From Chara braunii (taxonomy: Eukaryota; Plantae; Charophyceae), in assembly GCA_003427395.1 (NCBI GenBank), contig BFEA01000030.1, positions 5,141,894 to 5,205,893 on the forward strand: a stretch of 64,000 bases of DNA, in the 5' to 3' direction. Under the pieces are notes generated by a model. That model searched no databases, had not been told where the DNA came from, and was given only the letters and a program-made list of their open reading frames with translations. Position 1 is the stretch's first letter. Each line of letters begins with the position of its first letter. Both the position numbers and the translations under genes were made by a program. Positions 1 to 14,736 of the stretch are shown piece by piece.

Positions 1-1225
1 TCCCGGTTTCGGCTTCTACATTCGGCTTCTACATTCGACTTTCGACCTCAGTGTTGCTCCTCAGTACCAGAGTACCTGTCGCATTGCTCCGGACTTCTAT
101 TCGGTTTTTGCAGTACTCCTACTTCATCCAGGCTACTTCGGTTCGACTTCAGCCTCGAGACTCATCAGTGGACTACTTCACTTCTTCAGCTACAGAGTTC
201 TCATCATTCCTACCTATCTACCACCCTCGAGCTTACCCTTCAGTCGCATGATGACCCCTATTTTCCCTGTCTATGTGGGTGTGTCCGCTTGCCGCCCTTC
301 TGCCTTACCTTATGCTGCGCGCCCTCCTCTGGAGTGTACGTTTTCCTTGCTCGCGGCTTCTGGCTACATGTCTATGTCGGCATAACCCTCTCTCCTTCCA
401 GGCTCACCTTATGTGTGCTCCCTTGTGTGAATGCCCTTCCACCCTTTCAGCTGGTAGTACCCGTTTGATGGTTTCCATTGAGCCCGGTGTCGTGCAGTTA
501 CTCCCCCTCTGAGCCTGATGACCCCTTACCTGGTTGTGTGGGTGCCCCCTTGGAGTTTACTCTGAGAGTTGTATCTGCCGCCTTCCCACCCATTCCTACT
601 TCTGCCATGTGACTGAGTCCCTTTCTCTTTTCTCAGGTATTGTGCATTGTGTACAGGGCACGTGAGACTGTGCCACATTCGTTTTCGCCTTAGGACATTG
701 GTTTAGTAATTCCTTGGCCTTTAGGGCCCCGGTGTTGATTTATATTCAGCCTATTTGGCTCATGAGACATTTTTCTCTTTCTTGGCCGACACAGGTCAGA
801 CATTTTTCTCTTTCTTGGCCGACACAGGTCAGCCATTTTTATACTTTTTGGGTCGACACAAACCAGACATTATGGTATAGATTAGGCTTGAGGCTTAGTC
901 TGCATTGCATCCCTTTTCCTGCATGGAGCCCGCTCCGCATCTAGGATTGTTTCTTTCGCTGTCCTTTTGGGGGTCCGCTATTTCAGCGGATAGCGTGTTT
1001 GATGTATCGCTTAATCCATTCACAGGTCCGAGGATCGTGTAGCGGTACCCCTACGGCCCGGCAGTGAGGCCGGACCAGTTTCAGGCCGTCGGCCTGACCT
1101 TGGTCCGGTACCAGGTTATCCCGTACCTGGATCTAGGCCGGTATATCACTTCGGCCTAGGTCCAGGGCGGGAGGTTCATTCATTATGTTCGTTCCGTCGC
1201 TCATTGCCAGACTGGACCTTCACTC

Positions 1226-1348
<123 letters not shown>

Positions 1349-1430
1349 CACGTGCCACTACACGTGCGTCACACAGAGGCCTGGGCCCTCACAATTCTAC
1401 CAAGTACTGAGAGCATGACTCAGCTTCCCC

Positions 1431-1680
1431 TTTTTTTTTTTTTTTTTTTTTTACCCCCCCGCCGGTGATAGTGGCGCTGATAAGAGCAGACACCACTACC
1501 ACTCGGGGAGAGGCTCCGTCTATTAGTGGGGAGCATCACCTGCTGGAAAACGGATCCAGTGTCCCATATACAGACTGTAATCAGATAAACGCTTATGTGT
1601 AAAGAAACAGAATTTGTAAAACAAGCACCAGGACTAGAAAGCAACACTCTTTAAACCATCAGTGCCTACCGGCTTCTTAA
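1431..1680 (-). mobile_element. LINE 3'-tail fragment with poly(A)
   Basis: The reverse complement of about 1470-1565 aligns with 19025-19125. Poly(T) at 1431-1452. The far boundary is approximate. Confidence 0.7.
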
Positions 1681-1829
1681 GCCCCCTCTGACGCGAATGA
1701 ATACAGACCTGCGCGGGAGGCCGATTCATCCACCGCATTAACCCCTAAAAATGTAGTAGTAGCTACCTGGTTTTGGTGGGGTTCAAAAAAAGGCGGGCAC
1801 AGTTTCTATAGCTTTTCTAAATTGTAGTC

Positions 1830-2436
1830 TCAGCCGAAGCCGGGTAATGGCCCCGGTACCTCAATCTGTTTTTGCATAAGTTCTTGATAAGTCCTTGATA
1901 TGTTCTCAAATGGGAGGTTGGGCCCGGTTCCCAGCACGCGTTGCTCCCCACGAATAGATTGGAGTCTCAGCCCCTCTCTGACGCGAATGAATACAGACCC
2001 GCCTGGGAGGCCGATCATCCACCGCGTTAACGCCCAAAAACACAATAAGTACTAATGGGAAAAGAAACAGAAAAGGACGCTACCCACTAAACAAACTTTA
2101 AAGCCAGGCTTCATCCTCAAAAATTATAAACAAGACCACCTATCTAAATGGGGTAGTGAGGCCCAAATGGGCTCACAATGACCCAGCCTTCGAGGTCTGT
2201 AGCCTACCGATCATCCGATGAAAGTGCTACCACGTGGCCCAGTGGTACTTTCAACACAAAATAACCTGCCTAACTTTTTTTTTTTTTTTTTTTTTTTGGA
2301 AACAAGACTTCAATCTATTTGTGGGGAGCAGCACGTGCTGGGACCCGGGCATAGCATCCCATATGGAAATTTACATAGGATTTTGAAAGTTTTGAAAGGT
2401 TTTAAGATACCGGGGCCATTACCCGGCTATGGCTAA
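1830..2436. repeat. Two oppositely oriented copies of a retroelement 3' tail
   Basis: GCCGGGTAATGGCCCCGGTA...CCCAGCACG...GCTCCCCAC.AATAGA occurs at 1830-1967 (+) and 2300-2436 (-, with poly(T)). The same tail is at ~48410-48600 and ~57540-57675. Confidence 0.65.
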
Positions 2437-4966
2437 AAAAAATTGGGGCTACTGGAAAAATTGCTACGACAAACTACAAAAATAGGCAAAATTCAAAAGA
2501 CGACACAGGAACCCCCCATCAATCCTCTTTACCTCACTCCGGCAAGACTTACTCACGCATGCAGACTCAAGGGACATTTGTGTATGAACGCCAGCTGTCC
2601 AAACTTGCCGAGGAATGCACTTACAGGCCCGGTCTCCCCACACCACACGTTGGAAGCCATCTGGCAGTCTGAAGACCCCAAACTCAAGGGATGGCTTTTC
2701 AGGGAAGGAGAGAAACAAAAATCAGGGTATTGGTTATGTCAAGGGGAGGGCAGGGTCGCAGCGCGACCGGGAGCGCTGCGCCTCGCCGATCTCGCCGTCG
2801 GGCTACTGAGAAGCAGGCAGGCGCAGACAGCACGACGAAGGGCGATGGGGAGCATCAGTGAGCAGAGAGGCGCGAAGGAAGAGGATGCGGCGCTTGGCGA
2901 CGAAGGGCGATGGGGAGTAGCAGCGAGCAGAGAGGTGCGATGGAACAGGATGCGGTCAGGGCATGTGACGAGCGGTGACAGGTGAAAGGAAGAGGGTTTA
3001 GGGCGGTTGGGGGGGTGGCTATGGTCATTGTGTAAACCGCTTTGGTGGATTTCGCAAATAGGAAGGGGTCGAGGGTGACGACTTAGCAGAAGGCTGTTAC
3101 TAGGGTGCTTCGTTCGTCCAGGTAAGTGCTTCTATTTGGGAAACGACTTCGGCCTTCTCCGTCTTGAGAGCTGCTAGTCTGGCGAGCGCGGGTTTTTTAT
3201 GGTATTTTTTCGAGGTTGCTTTTCTACAGGTTTAGCATCAGAGGTAGAGCTTGGATGATGGGATTGATCTCCCCCCTCCTTCCTCAAGTTTGGTGTGAAT
3301 GAATGTCTAGTAGGGTTCGAACCTCCTGCGACGACTCACTGACGGGCTTGGTGAGGTGGAGTCACACTGTCTTCTGATGCTTGGGGGATTGGAGATGGCT
3401 GTTGTTGTCTTCGGTCTTAGCATTGCCTCGATGCTTAGTGGCTAACAGTGGGAGGAGGGGGGTCCTCTTACCCCGAAGATGGTGGGGTAGGGTTCGAGGG
3501 GAAGGGTGGCAAGTAGGTGGGGGTCGAGGAAGGGGGAGGTGGAAATTTCTATTTGGAAGTTCTGCGTAATAGCTGTGATCTAATAAAAATTAAGTACGGT
3601 TTTGAAAGGAGTTTTTTATAGTTGTCTTCATCCTCTCACACACAATGGATTGTCAAGATGTTTTTCTGTTTAGCGTCAATTTGCTTTTCTGTTTAGTAAT
3701 TTCTTGATTTACTGTTGTAAGTGATCTTGTTGATTTTTTATATCCCCTAATAGGATTAAGTACGATTTTGAAAGGAGCTTCTCATAACTTTTTAATACGG
3801 GTCAATTGTCTTCGCCCTCTCACACACAATTGATTGACGAGATGTTTTTTTGTTTAGCGGCGATTTTTTTCTGTTCAGTAATTTCTTGATTTACTGTTTG
3901 AGCGATTTTGAACCTTGGGGTTCTGGAAAGCAGAGTCGTAAGTCCTCTTAGACATCAAAATCGATTCCCTAGTTTGGTTCCCTATTTGGAATTTCAAATC
4001 TTATTAAATCTTATTTTCAATCTCATATTTTCTCAAATTCGAAATTTGTAGTCTGATTTCGTGCGTGGAATATTTTAAAATTGTTTTCTTTCAAGTAATT
4101 AGTCTTAGTTATGATCTGGTCTTGGTCTTGTAAACAAAAAGGGGATGGTTGAAGTAGAGGCAAGAAGAATGTGAGGGGGCTCACTCAGAGGAGGGATCGG
4201 CGGTTCAAGGTAGTAAGTCTAACTAGAAGGGCGGGGTGGGACGACATTGGTCGGTGTTGGAGCATTTGCTCTTTAACCAAGGGAGCTTGAGGCCATTGAA
4301 GTTATGCCGAGGGCGGAAGGCGTAACCATCTTGTCTGGTGTAGTTGTTGTCGGGGCGGTGACCCTATAACCTTTTGAGGGGCCATACAGTTAAGAGAGAT
4401 GTCGAGGGGGGAAGGCACTCTCTGTCCGTCAGAAACAGTTAGGTCGGCACTGGGGCACTTTGCGTTGTCGTGTAACCCTAGCAGGGGGGTAGTCGAAACC
4501 TAATGATTTCTGGCACGAGGATTGAAAGTTTGGTCGGTGTGTCCTTCATCTGTGGTAAGGGTAGGAGATGGATGGTTAGTGGTTCTAGTTCTGGTCCTTC
4601 TTCCTCTTTGTTTTTTCAAATGGGAAGGTGAAAGTCGGAAGTACGGTTTGGAAGGAATTTTGGGTGGGCTCGTGCAGTAGAGGAAGGGTGGCTCAGGGGG
4701 GTAAGTCTACTAGAAGGGCAGGGTGGGGCGACATTGGCCGGTGCTGGAGCAGTGGCTCTGTAACCAAGAGGAGGCTGAGACCATTGGAGTTATGCCGAGG
4801 GTGGAAGGCATAACTACCTCGTTCAACGTAGCTGATGCCTGGGGCGGTGACCCTGTAACCGGTAGGGGGTTTTGCAACTAAGGAAGTTGTCGAGGGAGGA
4901 AGATACTTCCTGTCCGTCAGAAAACAACTAGTTTGGTGCTGGGGCAGTTTGTGTTGCCTTGTAACC

Positions 4967-7900
4967 CTAGCTAAAGGTCACGGAGTCGTCGGCAAAAGCT
5001 TCAGTTTTAAGCCGTTGACTAGATGACAACAAAAAGTCGGGGATATGGAGGTTTGGCCGAACATTCGAGTGCATTATCTCCGTGTACAAGACGTACAAAT
5101 TCGGCGCGACCAGGCAGCCCTGATGCACCGAATGCGAGAGAGTGAGGGGAGCATCCAATGACCCATTAACACACAAACAAAGGGACGAAGCTCTAAACAG
5201 AGCCGCCACCACCCTTTTGAAGTTAAGGCCGAAGCTAAAGGTTGATAACGTCACTTGCAAAAATTCTCACCCAACACGATCGTACGTTTTTTTCAAGTCA
5301 AGAAAAACAACCGCCAACCCCTGAGGACCACTCGCCACCAACTCCGGAAGCTGCTCAACAAGCATAATATTATGGAGTATTTGTTGACCCTGCAAGAAAG
5401 CAGTTTGGGAAGGATGGACCAGCGCTGGCATCACTTTTTGCAAGCGGGATTCCATAAGTTTGGCAAAAAGTTTATAGAACACCAGCATCGGCATAATCGG
5501 GCGTCAATTGCACACATCAGATTAATCGCCTTTTGTGTACAACCCCCTGCAACTGATCCTCATAAATGGGAACCCCATGCCATAACGAATTCATGATGCA
5601 CAGGAGGTCCGGGCACAAATAGGGAGAATTTAAAAGCGTTTAAAAAAGCAAGCCGGTAGGTTGTCCAAACCAGGCGCTCTATGGGGTGGTTGGCCCTGCA
5701 AGCAATGATAGCCTCATGCATAGATACGTCTGCTTCCAATACACACATTGGTCCGCAATCAAATGGTGATCCAAAGTCGACCATAAAACTTGACCAGAAG
5801 TTGTTATTCAGTATGTTGTGCCTGCGAACTACACATAGGGAGAGTTTTAAAGCGTTTAAAAAAGCAAGTTGGTAGGTCGTCCAAACCAGGCGCTTTATGG
5901 AATGGTTGGGCTCTGCAAGCAGTGATAACCTCATGCATAGATACGTCTGCTTCCAGCATCACACGTTGGTTCGCAGTCAAATGGCGATCCAAAGTCGACC
6001 ATAAAACTTGGCCAGAAGTTGTTATTCAATGTGTTGTGCCTGCGAAGTCAACAAGGAAGCGTAGAAATGTTTGACATACAAACCAATCCTCACGGTGTCA
6101 ATCGCTATCGGGGCATTATCGTCAACGGGATGGCGCATCAGAAGCATCAGTTGACTGTTGGCAAGCATCCTATGACCACGAAAAAAATGGGTCATCATCC
6201 AGTCCCCTTTGACCAACAAGATATCCGTTTTCTATTGACCGTCTCCCGAATTTTAGGCAGGGCAGTCAATATTCAGCGCCGCCGCACAACATCCAAGGCC
6301 TGCATGAAAGCTTGCTTATCCACCCTGACCGTCCGAGCTGTTGCAAGCACTGCAGCTAGCTCCGCTTGCAGAGAGTCTTGAACCGTTCTTCGGGCATTGC
6401 CCAAAATCCAGGCTAGTAGCAAGGCATGGGCCTGCACCATCTGCAACCCTCCCGCATTCAGGTGGAAGGACATGCCAGCCTCCCTCCATTTCAGTCATAA
6501 ATCACTCATAAAGGTAGTCATGGCTTGGATAGAATCAGCCACTTGGGAATCGAGCGAAAGTCATATTTCACACGAACCAATCAGTGCAAGTAACGTTCAA
6601 CAAATAATCCGAGTCGTTGTACGATAAGTCAAAGCAACGGGAAAGTTGAGGGAACAACATATCATCCACCCAAAACAAGTTTAGTATGAGGGATGCATTG
6701 CTGATTCACTGCTTCGGAAGCAAACCATGTATAAGCCCGCTCGTATGGGTGCAGGTATCGAAAAACGTCCGTGAAGTCGTAGTTGGCTCTAAAAGTGGAC
6801 AGGGTCACCGTCGCACCGCATCCACGGTGGGTGGGTCTACTTTCAAGTTGGGACTGTCCAACCCAAGACGCAAGGTAGTATTTGAATCCCCCCCATTGTT
6901 AATCGATCCACACGAGGCACAACCAAGGCAAGGACCGAAAGAACTCTAACCGGTTCGGGAGAGAGTGAGGTGCATAAGCATTAAAGACCGCCCAATCCTC
7001 CTCCTTTACCCGAAAATGGACCCAGATCCAGCAGCCAAGATGGTCCCAATTGTAGCCCGTAACACGGTCACGGTACGGAAACGAATGCTCAAACAAAAAA
7101 GCCACTTCCCCCTTCGTTCCTTGAACAGGCGCCTAAAGGTCGAACCCAGACCATCAACCCTTTTGTTCGACCACTGCTAAAATACCGCGCTTCGTTTCGT
7201 GCAATAAAATGATATGCAAACCCTTATTTTGAACCAATGTTTTTATGAGGGATTTTTTCACCCCAATCCGGCGGGATCCGAGTCCTCTAACATTCCTTGA
7301 TACTAATCGAATCCTGTTCATATGTACTATGCAGGTTGCGGGTTTCAGTCTCATCACTCAAGTTTCAAGAAGTTATTTGGTAAAATGTTCTTGTGCCATG
7401 GAATGTGTTCCTCCACTTTCGTCAAAAGAACAACATTCCAACAATCATATATTTTGGTATCTGTCGCAATTTGGCCAGCGTTGTTCTTCACCAGGGACAA
7501 TGACAGCCATCGGAGGCCCGACAAAGCAGTTGGAGCCCGAACAACAAGCTTAGCGACCACATCAACCACCGGAAAGTACAGGATATCAGTGCGACACTAG
7601 TCTGTGGTTGGAGTAAGTTGAACCCACTCAATCTCAGGAAACGACCGAATTTTGTATGTCGGCGTCAACCATTTACCAATTTTTCTGCCAACCGTTTCGA
7701 TGGTCGGGACCTCATGCACTTTGAAGTGTGGAATCCTTAAAACCTCTTTTGTTGTAACCGCTGCTAAAAGCTGCAGCTGTCTATCAACTGCTGTGAAAAC
7801 AAAAGGAATCACAACACAGAGCATCCCCTCCTGCATTGCCTCCAACAAGGAGGTCGGGAAAACATCAGCCCTTCAAGTCGGCAGCAACGTACGATCACTC

Positions 7901-9550
7901 AGTTCCTGTTGGGGCTCTGGGTGGGCTGGCTGAATGTCATCATTTTCCTCAACATCGGCCTAAGAAACCTTACCAAAGTCACCCAACCATTCCCGAATAG
8001 AGCCGTAAGGTTGAGGTTTGCTTGACTTGGGCCCCTCTGACAGGATTCCTATGCAGAGTCGGGCCTGGGCCTTTCTGCAATGGCATAGATTCCTGATGGC
8101 CTGGCACTGTAGGTTGCGCTTCAGTGTCCTAAGGTGCCAGAGGAGCAGAGGTAACCAGCGGAGGAGGCACCACTCCCAGTTGACTCCAATATGGTGCCAA
8201 TGAGGCATCCAATGATAATAGGAACACACCCGGTGCAGCGTTAGACCCAGCGGTCAAGGAGATGGTCGCCGGATACGATACAACAACTACCGGAGACTGC
8301 TGTATAGAAGCAGGGAGGGGCGAGGTGACCATGGAAACAAAGTTGCAGCAGGCGTAGATATTAATGGTACCACCAACGCCGACTTAGACACTGCAGGTTG
8401 TAACACTCGAGGCCAGGGGCACTGTTGTCGAGGCCGACCCAAAAGCGGTTGAGTAGGACCACGTAGTGGACGAATCGTTTGTGCTAACATACTTGGGACA
8501 ATATGAGGTCCCAGACGTATGGTTGTATCAACGACATTCGGTGCACCAAGGGGTGTCCTTAGTCTCAACATCCACTTTAGCCCAACCTTGAGGAGTACGA
8601 AACTTAAGCGAGTGACTAACCCGGGACCTAGCCTCCACACGCAGATGCAAGGTACGAGACTATGTGGATGCAAGGCGGAAATCCTATCCCAATTCAACAA
8701 TAACCATTTAGTGCGAACGAGGTAACTGCACCTGGACCCTGAAACAGAACCATCACTCAGTACCTACGCAAATAATCAGCGTTGTCGAGCGCATCAGCTC
8801 CCGCCTTTAGGGAGCCCTCCTGGCCATCTCTCCTGCATGTGGCTTTGCAGGCCCTACCTGCCTCTTTCTTCTCTCATAGCAAGTTGCCCGTCCATAGCTC
8901 GGACGGGTGCCTCAGGCTATAGCATCGTTTTTCAGGCCTTCGGTACGGAATGGAATCCCGCAGACCGAATGATTAATAAAGGTAAATAAATAGGCACCCG
9001 TTTTCGTCTGCGCCACGACCCCATACCCAGCGCGGTTGTTCGTTTTAGCCTACTGAAGCTCTGAATCGCACGGCTGCATTATCTTAGGTAGAACAGGTCT
9101 AGTTCTAGCATTTCCGCATTGACATGCCTCGACAACCCTGCTAGAAACTGCCGACTACCATCATTACTCTTGGACACCACAAGCGTTCGGACTAAAGTTC
9201 GAAAAAAAAAATCAGTCTCTCGATCATAGGCGAGTCTGAATAAACTTTTGGCAAACGTCGGTATAGTCCCTCAATTCAACGAAAAAATCGGACAGCGTTC
9301 GACATTGAAAAACCCTGAGCAGATACCCTTGTAAGGGTGTCTGCTCTGACACCGTGTCCTTCGCCCCGGGCTTGATCAGCTTCCTCCTCTTCGGATAGGA
9401 AGCATCGACGCAACATGGTGCAAAACTCCTCCGACGCACCTCCCTCGAATTGAGAGACCATGCACGGGAGGAGCTCCCTACAGTCGAAAAGCCCCCCAAA
9501 TTCACACAGATGGTATCCGCCCAAAAAGCAACAAACCACCTATAAACCAG
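4967..9550 (-). mobile_element. Decayed L1/Tx1-like LINE (possible ORF1, APE endonuclease, RT), truncated just after the FADD motif
   Basis: Frameshifted fragments in the expected order: VSRNVRGL...ILLHETK and FNAYAP (APE); KAPGLDD; LVHPSQTAF...FLDLKKTYDRV; VHQGCLVAPNLY...AFADD. Internal ~220-bp duplication near 5630-6040. The 5' boundary is approximate. Confidence 0.85.
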
Positions 9551-11914
9551 CAAGTCTTTCGAAACCGCACCGATAAAGCATGCTTATTCAAGTAAACAAG
9601 AAATTGAAACCAAAAGAGCATAAAATCAAGGGCAAAACAAAATCCGCAAAAATATTCATGTAAACAAAAAATTGAAACCAGCCGAGCATAAAATCAAGGC
9701 CAAAACGAAATTCGCAAATCCACTCACAATCATGAGTTACCCAACGATCAGCAACACTGGTAGCACGCTGTGAAAACTCAGCCAGTTATTGGGCGCACAG
9801 ACGTGTCCATCCAAAGAAGAAAAACCCAACCCACGAAGAAGTCGCACGGACCAAGATAACAGTTGGCAACCAACCAAAAACTTGAAGGAAAGTGCGGAGG
9901 AACTAGAGATCTTCCTTGATTCTTCAATAAAGGTCGTACGCTGCAAAAAACAGGCAGAGTAGGGATAACAACGGTCCGGGGTCATCAAAGCAATGAAAAA
10001 GAGTTAACCCAAGGAAAGAGATCTTAACAAAAGAAGGGTCGACAATGGAATTAAAGGAAAAAATTCAAACGATCGGAGGTCTCACCCCAAATCGTTCGTG
10101 GAACAGTTCGATTCCACGCTGTCAAACCAGCGAGGCCTCGAATCATTTGTAAACCGATTCAGTTTCACCCAGTCTGGCAACAATTCGGCCGGCATCAACT
10201 TCGCCCACAGGGAACACTCATATAACTTGGTCGAGGCAGTCAGCTGAAGATATTCATTCAACCTCTATAGGAGTCAGTGGTCATAGCAACTCAAGCTAAT
10301 GTCCTCCCAATCCCAACCTCTTCAAAACATCACACCCAGCCGTCCACACCAAGATTCACAACACAAAAGCAGAAGGAAGGCGTTGTAGCTAACTAGGACT
10401 CGCCACTATCTCCACAAAAATGTGCGCATGTGAGTATGTGTAAATGCATACAGTGGTCATGCATGTGCAACACTCGTGTGCTTCACAGCATGGATATCAT
10501 TGTGATCACATGTGATCTTCAACCTGACAGGTGTATGAAAAGTGATGTTTACATGAATGTGTTTGTGTGTAAGTACAATGAAGTATCTACAAGTACGCAC
10601 ACAAATGTGCGTTCTCATACATGTGTGTGTGGGTATGCACGTGTGTATGAACATGTTCCCACAAAAGCACCATAAGGCTGAAAGGTCTTCAACCACCAAT
10701 CATAACATCATGCATAGCGAAGCAGGGAATGTCCGAGTCATGAAACCTCACAATCACCACTAGAGTATTTTTTGTGACAATCACCGACAATAGGTAAAAA
10801 AACATTATGGACAAGCGGGTACTTCCGTCACACAGCAGTCGCAATCACCAGCCGCGTATTTACCGTAACAATCACCAGCAACAAGAAAAAATCACCGCCT
10901 TACCCGGAATATCACCAGCCACATGAACAAGCAACTACTCCCGTCGGCAAATGACGGCAATAACTGCAGGGCCGCACACACTAGAGTTACATAAATCAAC
11001 AAGCAGGTCGGCGAGTAACCACGACACCTAGCAGTGACAATCACCTTGCCACTCCCACGATTCCAAGCGGACAAATACGTACCTCCAACGATGAAAGGAG
11101 GCAACAATTGCAGGTCTGCACCCACCTGAAGAACATGAACGTCAACAACCAGCCCGCCAAACAATCTTCCCACATAATAGCATTAGTCACCTCGCAGCTC
11201 CCATGAGCGAAATGAACCGCACTAATTGCCTTTACCACTTGCGAACGTCACCCTGAACAGGAGGACAAGGTAGCAAGTAACAATCCACACCCACCGCTGA
11301 TCCCCTTATGTAAATTGTCGACCCAGCAGGCACGCGCTCCACAAGACTACAACATCAATTCCCCGTATCCACGTGGACTCCAATGGTTGGGCCTATAGCA
11401 GGTTCCCCGCACTCCACCGCTTCCACACGGACTCCAACAACCAAACCAATACGTAAGCGCCCCACTGACTAACATCAATCACCTTACCGCTCACACGAAT
11501 GAACGCTGACCACACTGATCACTTCAACCACACTCGTCAACACACCGCCGCACATCAACAACACGACAGCCACATCACCGAACACTTACTAGCCACAACC
11601 AACAAACAGCCTCGCTCCCCACATTTCGTCTCTCACACTCTCTCACTCCCATTCTCACACACGACCGGTTTCTCATGGCAAAATAAGGAACTAAAATGTC
11701 TCTGTATCTAACGACCGGAGGGGCTATCGCCCTCCCGATCAGGTTGAACATATGGTATGTCGCCGCTATCCAACCTCACCCGTTCGTCTACCCCACATCA
11801 ACGCATCATCCAACAATGCCAACAAGGAATCCCATAATCATCAGGTTGAGGTCAACCATCATAGCCGAGAGCCCGTCAGGATGTCGTTGAACCATCGCCT
11901 CTCCTAGCAACAAT

Positions 11915-12095
11915 GTACCCTAATTCCCCGCACCGTTCCACAACGCCCCTCCCAGCACCCATGTGTCGTAATTCCCCACACCGTTCCAACTACGCCCCTC
12001 CCAGCATCCATGTGCCCTAATTCGCCACACCGTTCCAACTACGCCCCTCCCAACACCCATGTGCCTTAATTCCCCCCGTCGTTCCCGCTACGCCG
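11915..12095. repeat. ~50-bp minisatellite (3-4 copies)
   Basis: TAATTCCCC.CACCGTTCCAACTACGCCCCTCCCAGCA.CCATGTG repeated. Confidence 0.85.
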
Positions 12096-12339
12096 TCAAC
12101 GAGGTATAGCATGTGTGAGTCAATTCAAGATAGCGCAGCCCCGCGTGGCAGAATAGCACAACCCGGCGTGCCATCGCCCGCTGCCCAACGTGGTTGGCTA
12201 AGGGTCCACCAAGACTCGATCACAGCCTGCATTTTAACAATTCACTTTTCTTTTTCCTTTTGTTTTGGGAAATTGTCTACCGCGTGGGCGTGGGGAACGC
12301 AGCCCTAAGGTAGCCAAAGCAATGAGACCAAGAGCGCGC

Positions 12340-12399
<60 letters not shown>

Positions 12400-14688
12400 N
12401 NNNNNNNNNNNNNNNNNNNNNNNNNNNNNNNNNNNNNNNNNNNNNNNNNNNNNNNNNNNNNNNNNNNNNNNNNNNNNNNNNNNNNNNNNNNNNNNNNNNN
12501 NNNNNNNNNNNNNNNNNNNNNNNNNNNNNNNNNNNNNNNNNNNNNNNNNNNNNNNNNNNNNNNNNNNNNNNNNNNNNNNNNNNNNNNNNNNNNNNNNNNN
12601 NNNNNNNNNNNNNNNNNNNNNNNNNNNNNNNNNNNNNNNNNNNNNNNNNNNNNNNNNNNNNNNNNNNNNNNNNNNNNNNNNNNNNNNNNNNNNNNNNNNN
12701 NNNNNNNNNNNNNNNNNNNNNNNNNNNNNNNNNNNNNNNNNNNNNNNNNNNNNNNNNNNNNNNNNNNNNNNNNNNNNNNNNNNNNNNNNNNNNNNNNNNN
12801 NNNNNNNNNNNNNNNNNNNNNNNNNNNNNNNNNNNNNNNNNNNNNNNNNNNNNNNNNNNNNNNNNNNNNNNNNNNNNNNNNNNNNNNNNNNNNNNNNNNA
12901 AAAAAAAAAAAAAAAAAAAAAAAAAGAGAGAGAGGCTGAATGGCAAAATTGAAATATGGGTAAAATTGCGACCACGATCTATTTCACGGTTGGAATGATT
13001 TTTTTTAACTTATTTAGAATTTTTCCTGGAAAGATCACAATAAAATCTAGGAGGACTCCAATTTTCATATTTTTTCACGCATTCTTCTGCACGAATACTC
13101 ACTGAATTTGCAGCACTTTTTTAGTTGGCCCACACATGGCTGAGTGGCAAAAATGGACAATGTGTCGAATCGGCGCGGCGATTATTTCGCGGTCTAAATG
13201 ATTTTTTGAAAAGGTTATAATATTTTGCCTGGAAAGAACACGAACTCATTTATGGATTCTCAAAATTTCGAATTTTTCTGCGAGTTCCTCCGACTACAAA
13301 AAATCGCTAAAGTGGTCTCTTGCAAAACGCCTATTTCGCTGCGCCTGACCTCCATGTTTTGAGAAGACGGGCCTCAACGCCTAGGCCTGAGAGCCGTTTT
13401 GCAGTTGACATACCCTCACTTTTTTTTGGGGTCCGCTTTCACCCGAGGACCAGTCCATCGCCCCCCACTTCGTTTTGGGGTTCACTTCCACCCGAGGACC
13501 GGTCCTTCCTTTTTCCAAAAGTTCCGGTTCTACCAGAGCTAGCTGTAGGTAGTCCACAATTTTGCCAAGGACTGGTCCCCAAATTTGTTTTGCCCCCTAA
13601 GAACCCACTTTGTGTCCTGGTCGCCCGCCGTCGAAAATGCGACACCTTGACACAGACGCCGAAGCCCACTATACCGCAGCCGAACAGTTCACTTTTTTGA
13701 AGTTTTTTCACCATTCCAATTGTCTGGCGCGTGGACACGGGGAAAGCAGCCCTAAGGTAGCCAAAGCAATGAGACTAAGAGCACGCACGCGAGAGAGAGA
13801 AAGAGAGAGTTTTGTTCCATTTATTGTTATGAGTGTGAGAGAGACGGAGAGTGAGAGAGATAAAGGAAGAGAGATANNNNNNNNNNNNNNNNNNNNNNNN
13901 NNNNNNNNNNNNNNNNNNNNNNNNNNNNNNNNNNNNNNNNNNNNNNNNNNNNNNNNNNNNNNNNNNNNNNNNNNNNNNNNNNNNNNNNNNNNNNNNNNNN
14001 NNNNNNNNNNNNNNNNNNNNNNNNNNNNNNNNNNNNNNNNNNNNNNNNNNNNNNNNNNNNNNNNNNNNNNNNNNNNNNNNNNNNNNNNNNNNNNNNNNNN
14101 NNNNNNNNNNNNNNNNNNNNNNNNNNNNNNNNNNNNNNNNNNNNNNNNNNNNNNNNNNNNNNNNNNNNNNNNNNNNNNNNNNNNNNNNNNNNNNNNNNNN
14201 NNNNNNNNNNNNNNNNNNNNNNNNNNNNNNNNNNNNNNNNNNNNNNNNNNNNNNNNNNNNNNNNNNNNNNNNNNNNNNNNNNNNNNNNNNNNNNNNNNNN
14301 NNNNNNNNNNNNNNNNNNNNNNNNNNNNNNNNNNNNNNNNNNNNNNNNNNNNNNNNNNNNNNNNNNNNNNNNNNNNNNNNNNNNNNNNNNNNNNNNNNNN
14401 NNNNNNNNNNNNNNNNNNNNNNNNNNNNNNNNNNNNNNNNNNNNNNNNNNNNNNNNNNNNNNNNNNNNNNNNNNNNNNNNNNNNNNNNNNNNNNNNNNNN
14501 NNNNNNNNNNNNNNNNNNNNNNNNNNNNNNNNNNNNNNNNNNNNNNNNNNNNNNNNNNNNNNNNNNNNNNNNNNNNNNNNNNNNNNNNNNNNNNNNNNNN
14601 NNNNNNNNNNNNNNNNNNNNNNNNNNNNNNNNNNNNNNNNNNNNNNNNNNNNNNNNNNNNNNNNNNNNNNNNNNNNNNNNNNNNNNNN

Positions 14689-14736
<48 letters not shown>

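Noticed and set aside
1-1182. Possible 3' portion of an LTR ending ...GGTTCATTCA
   Set aside because: No partner LTR, PBS or coding region in the window to support it.
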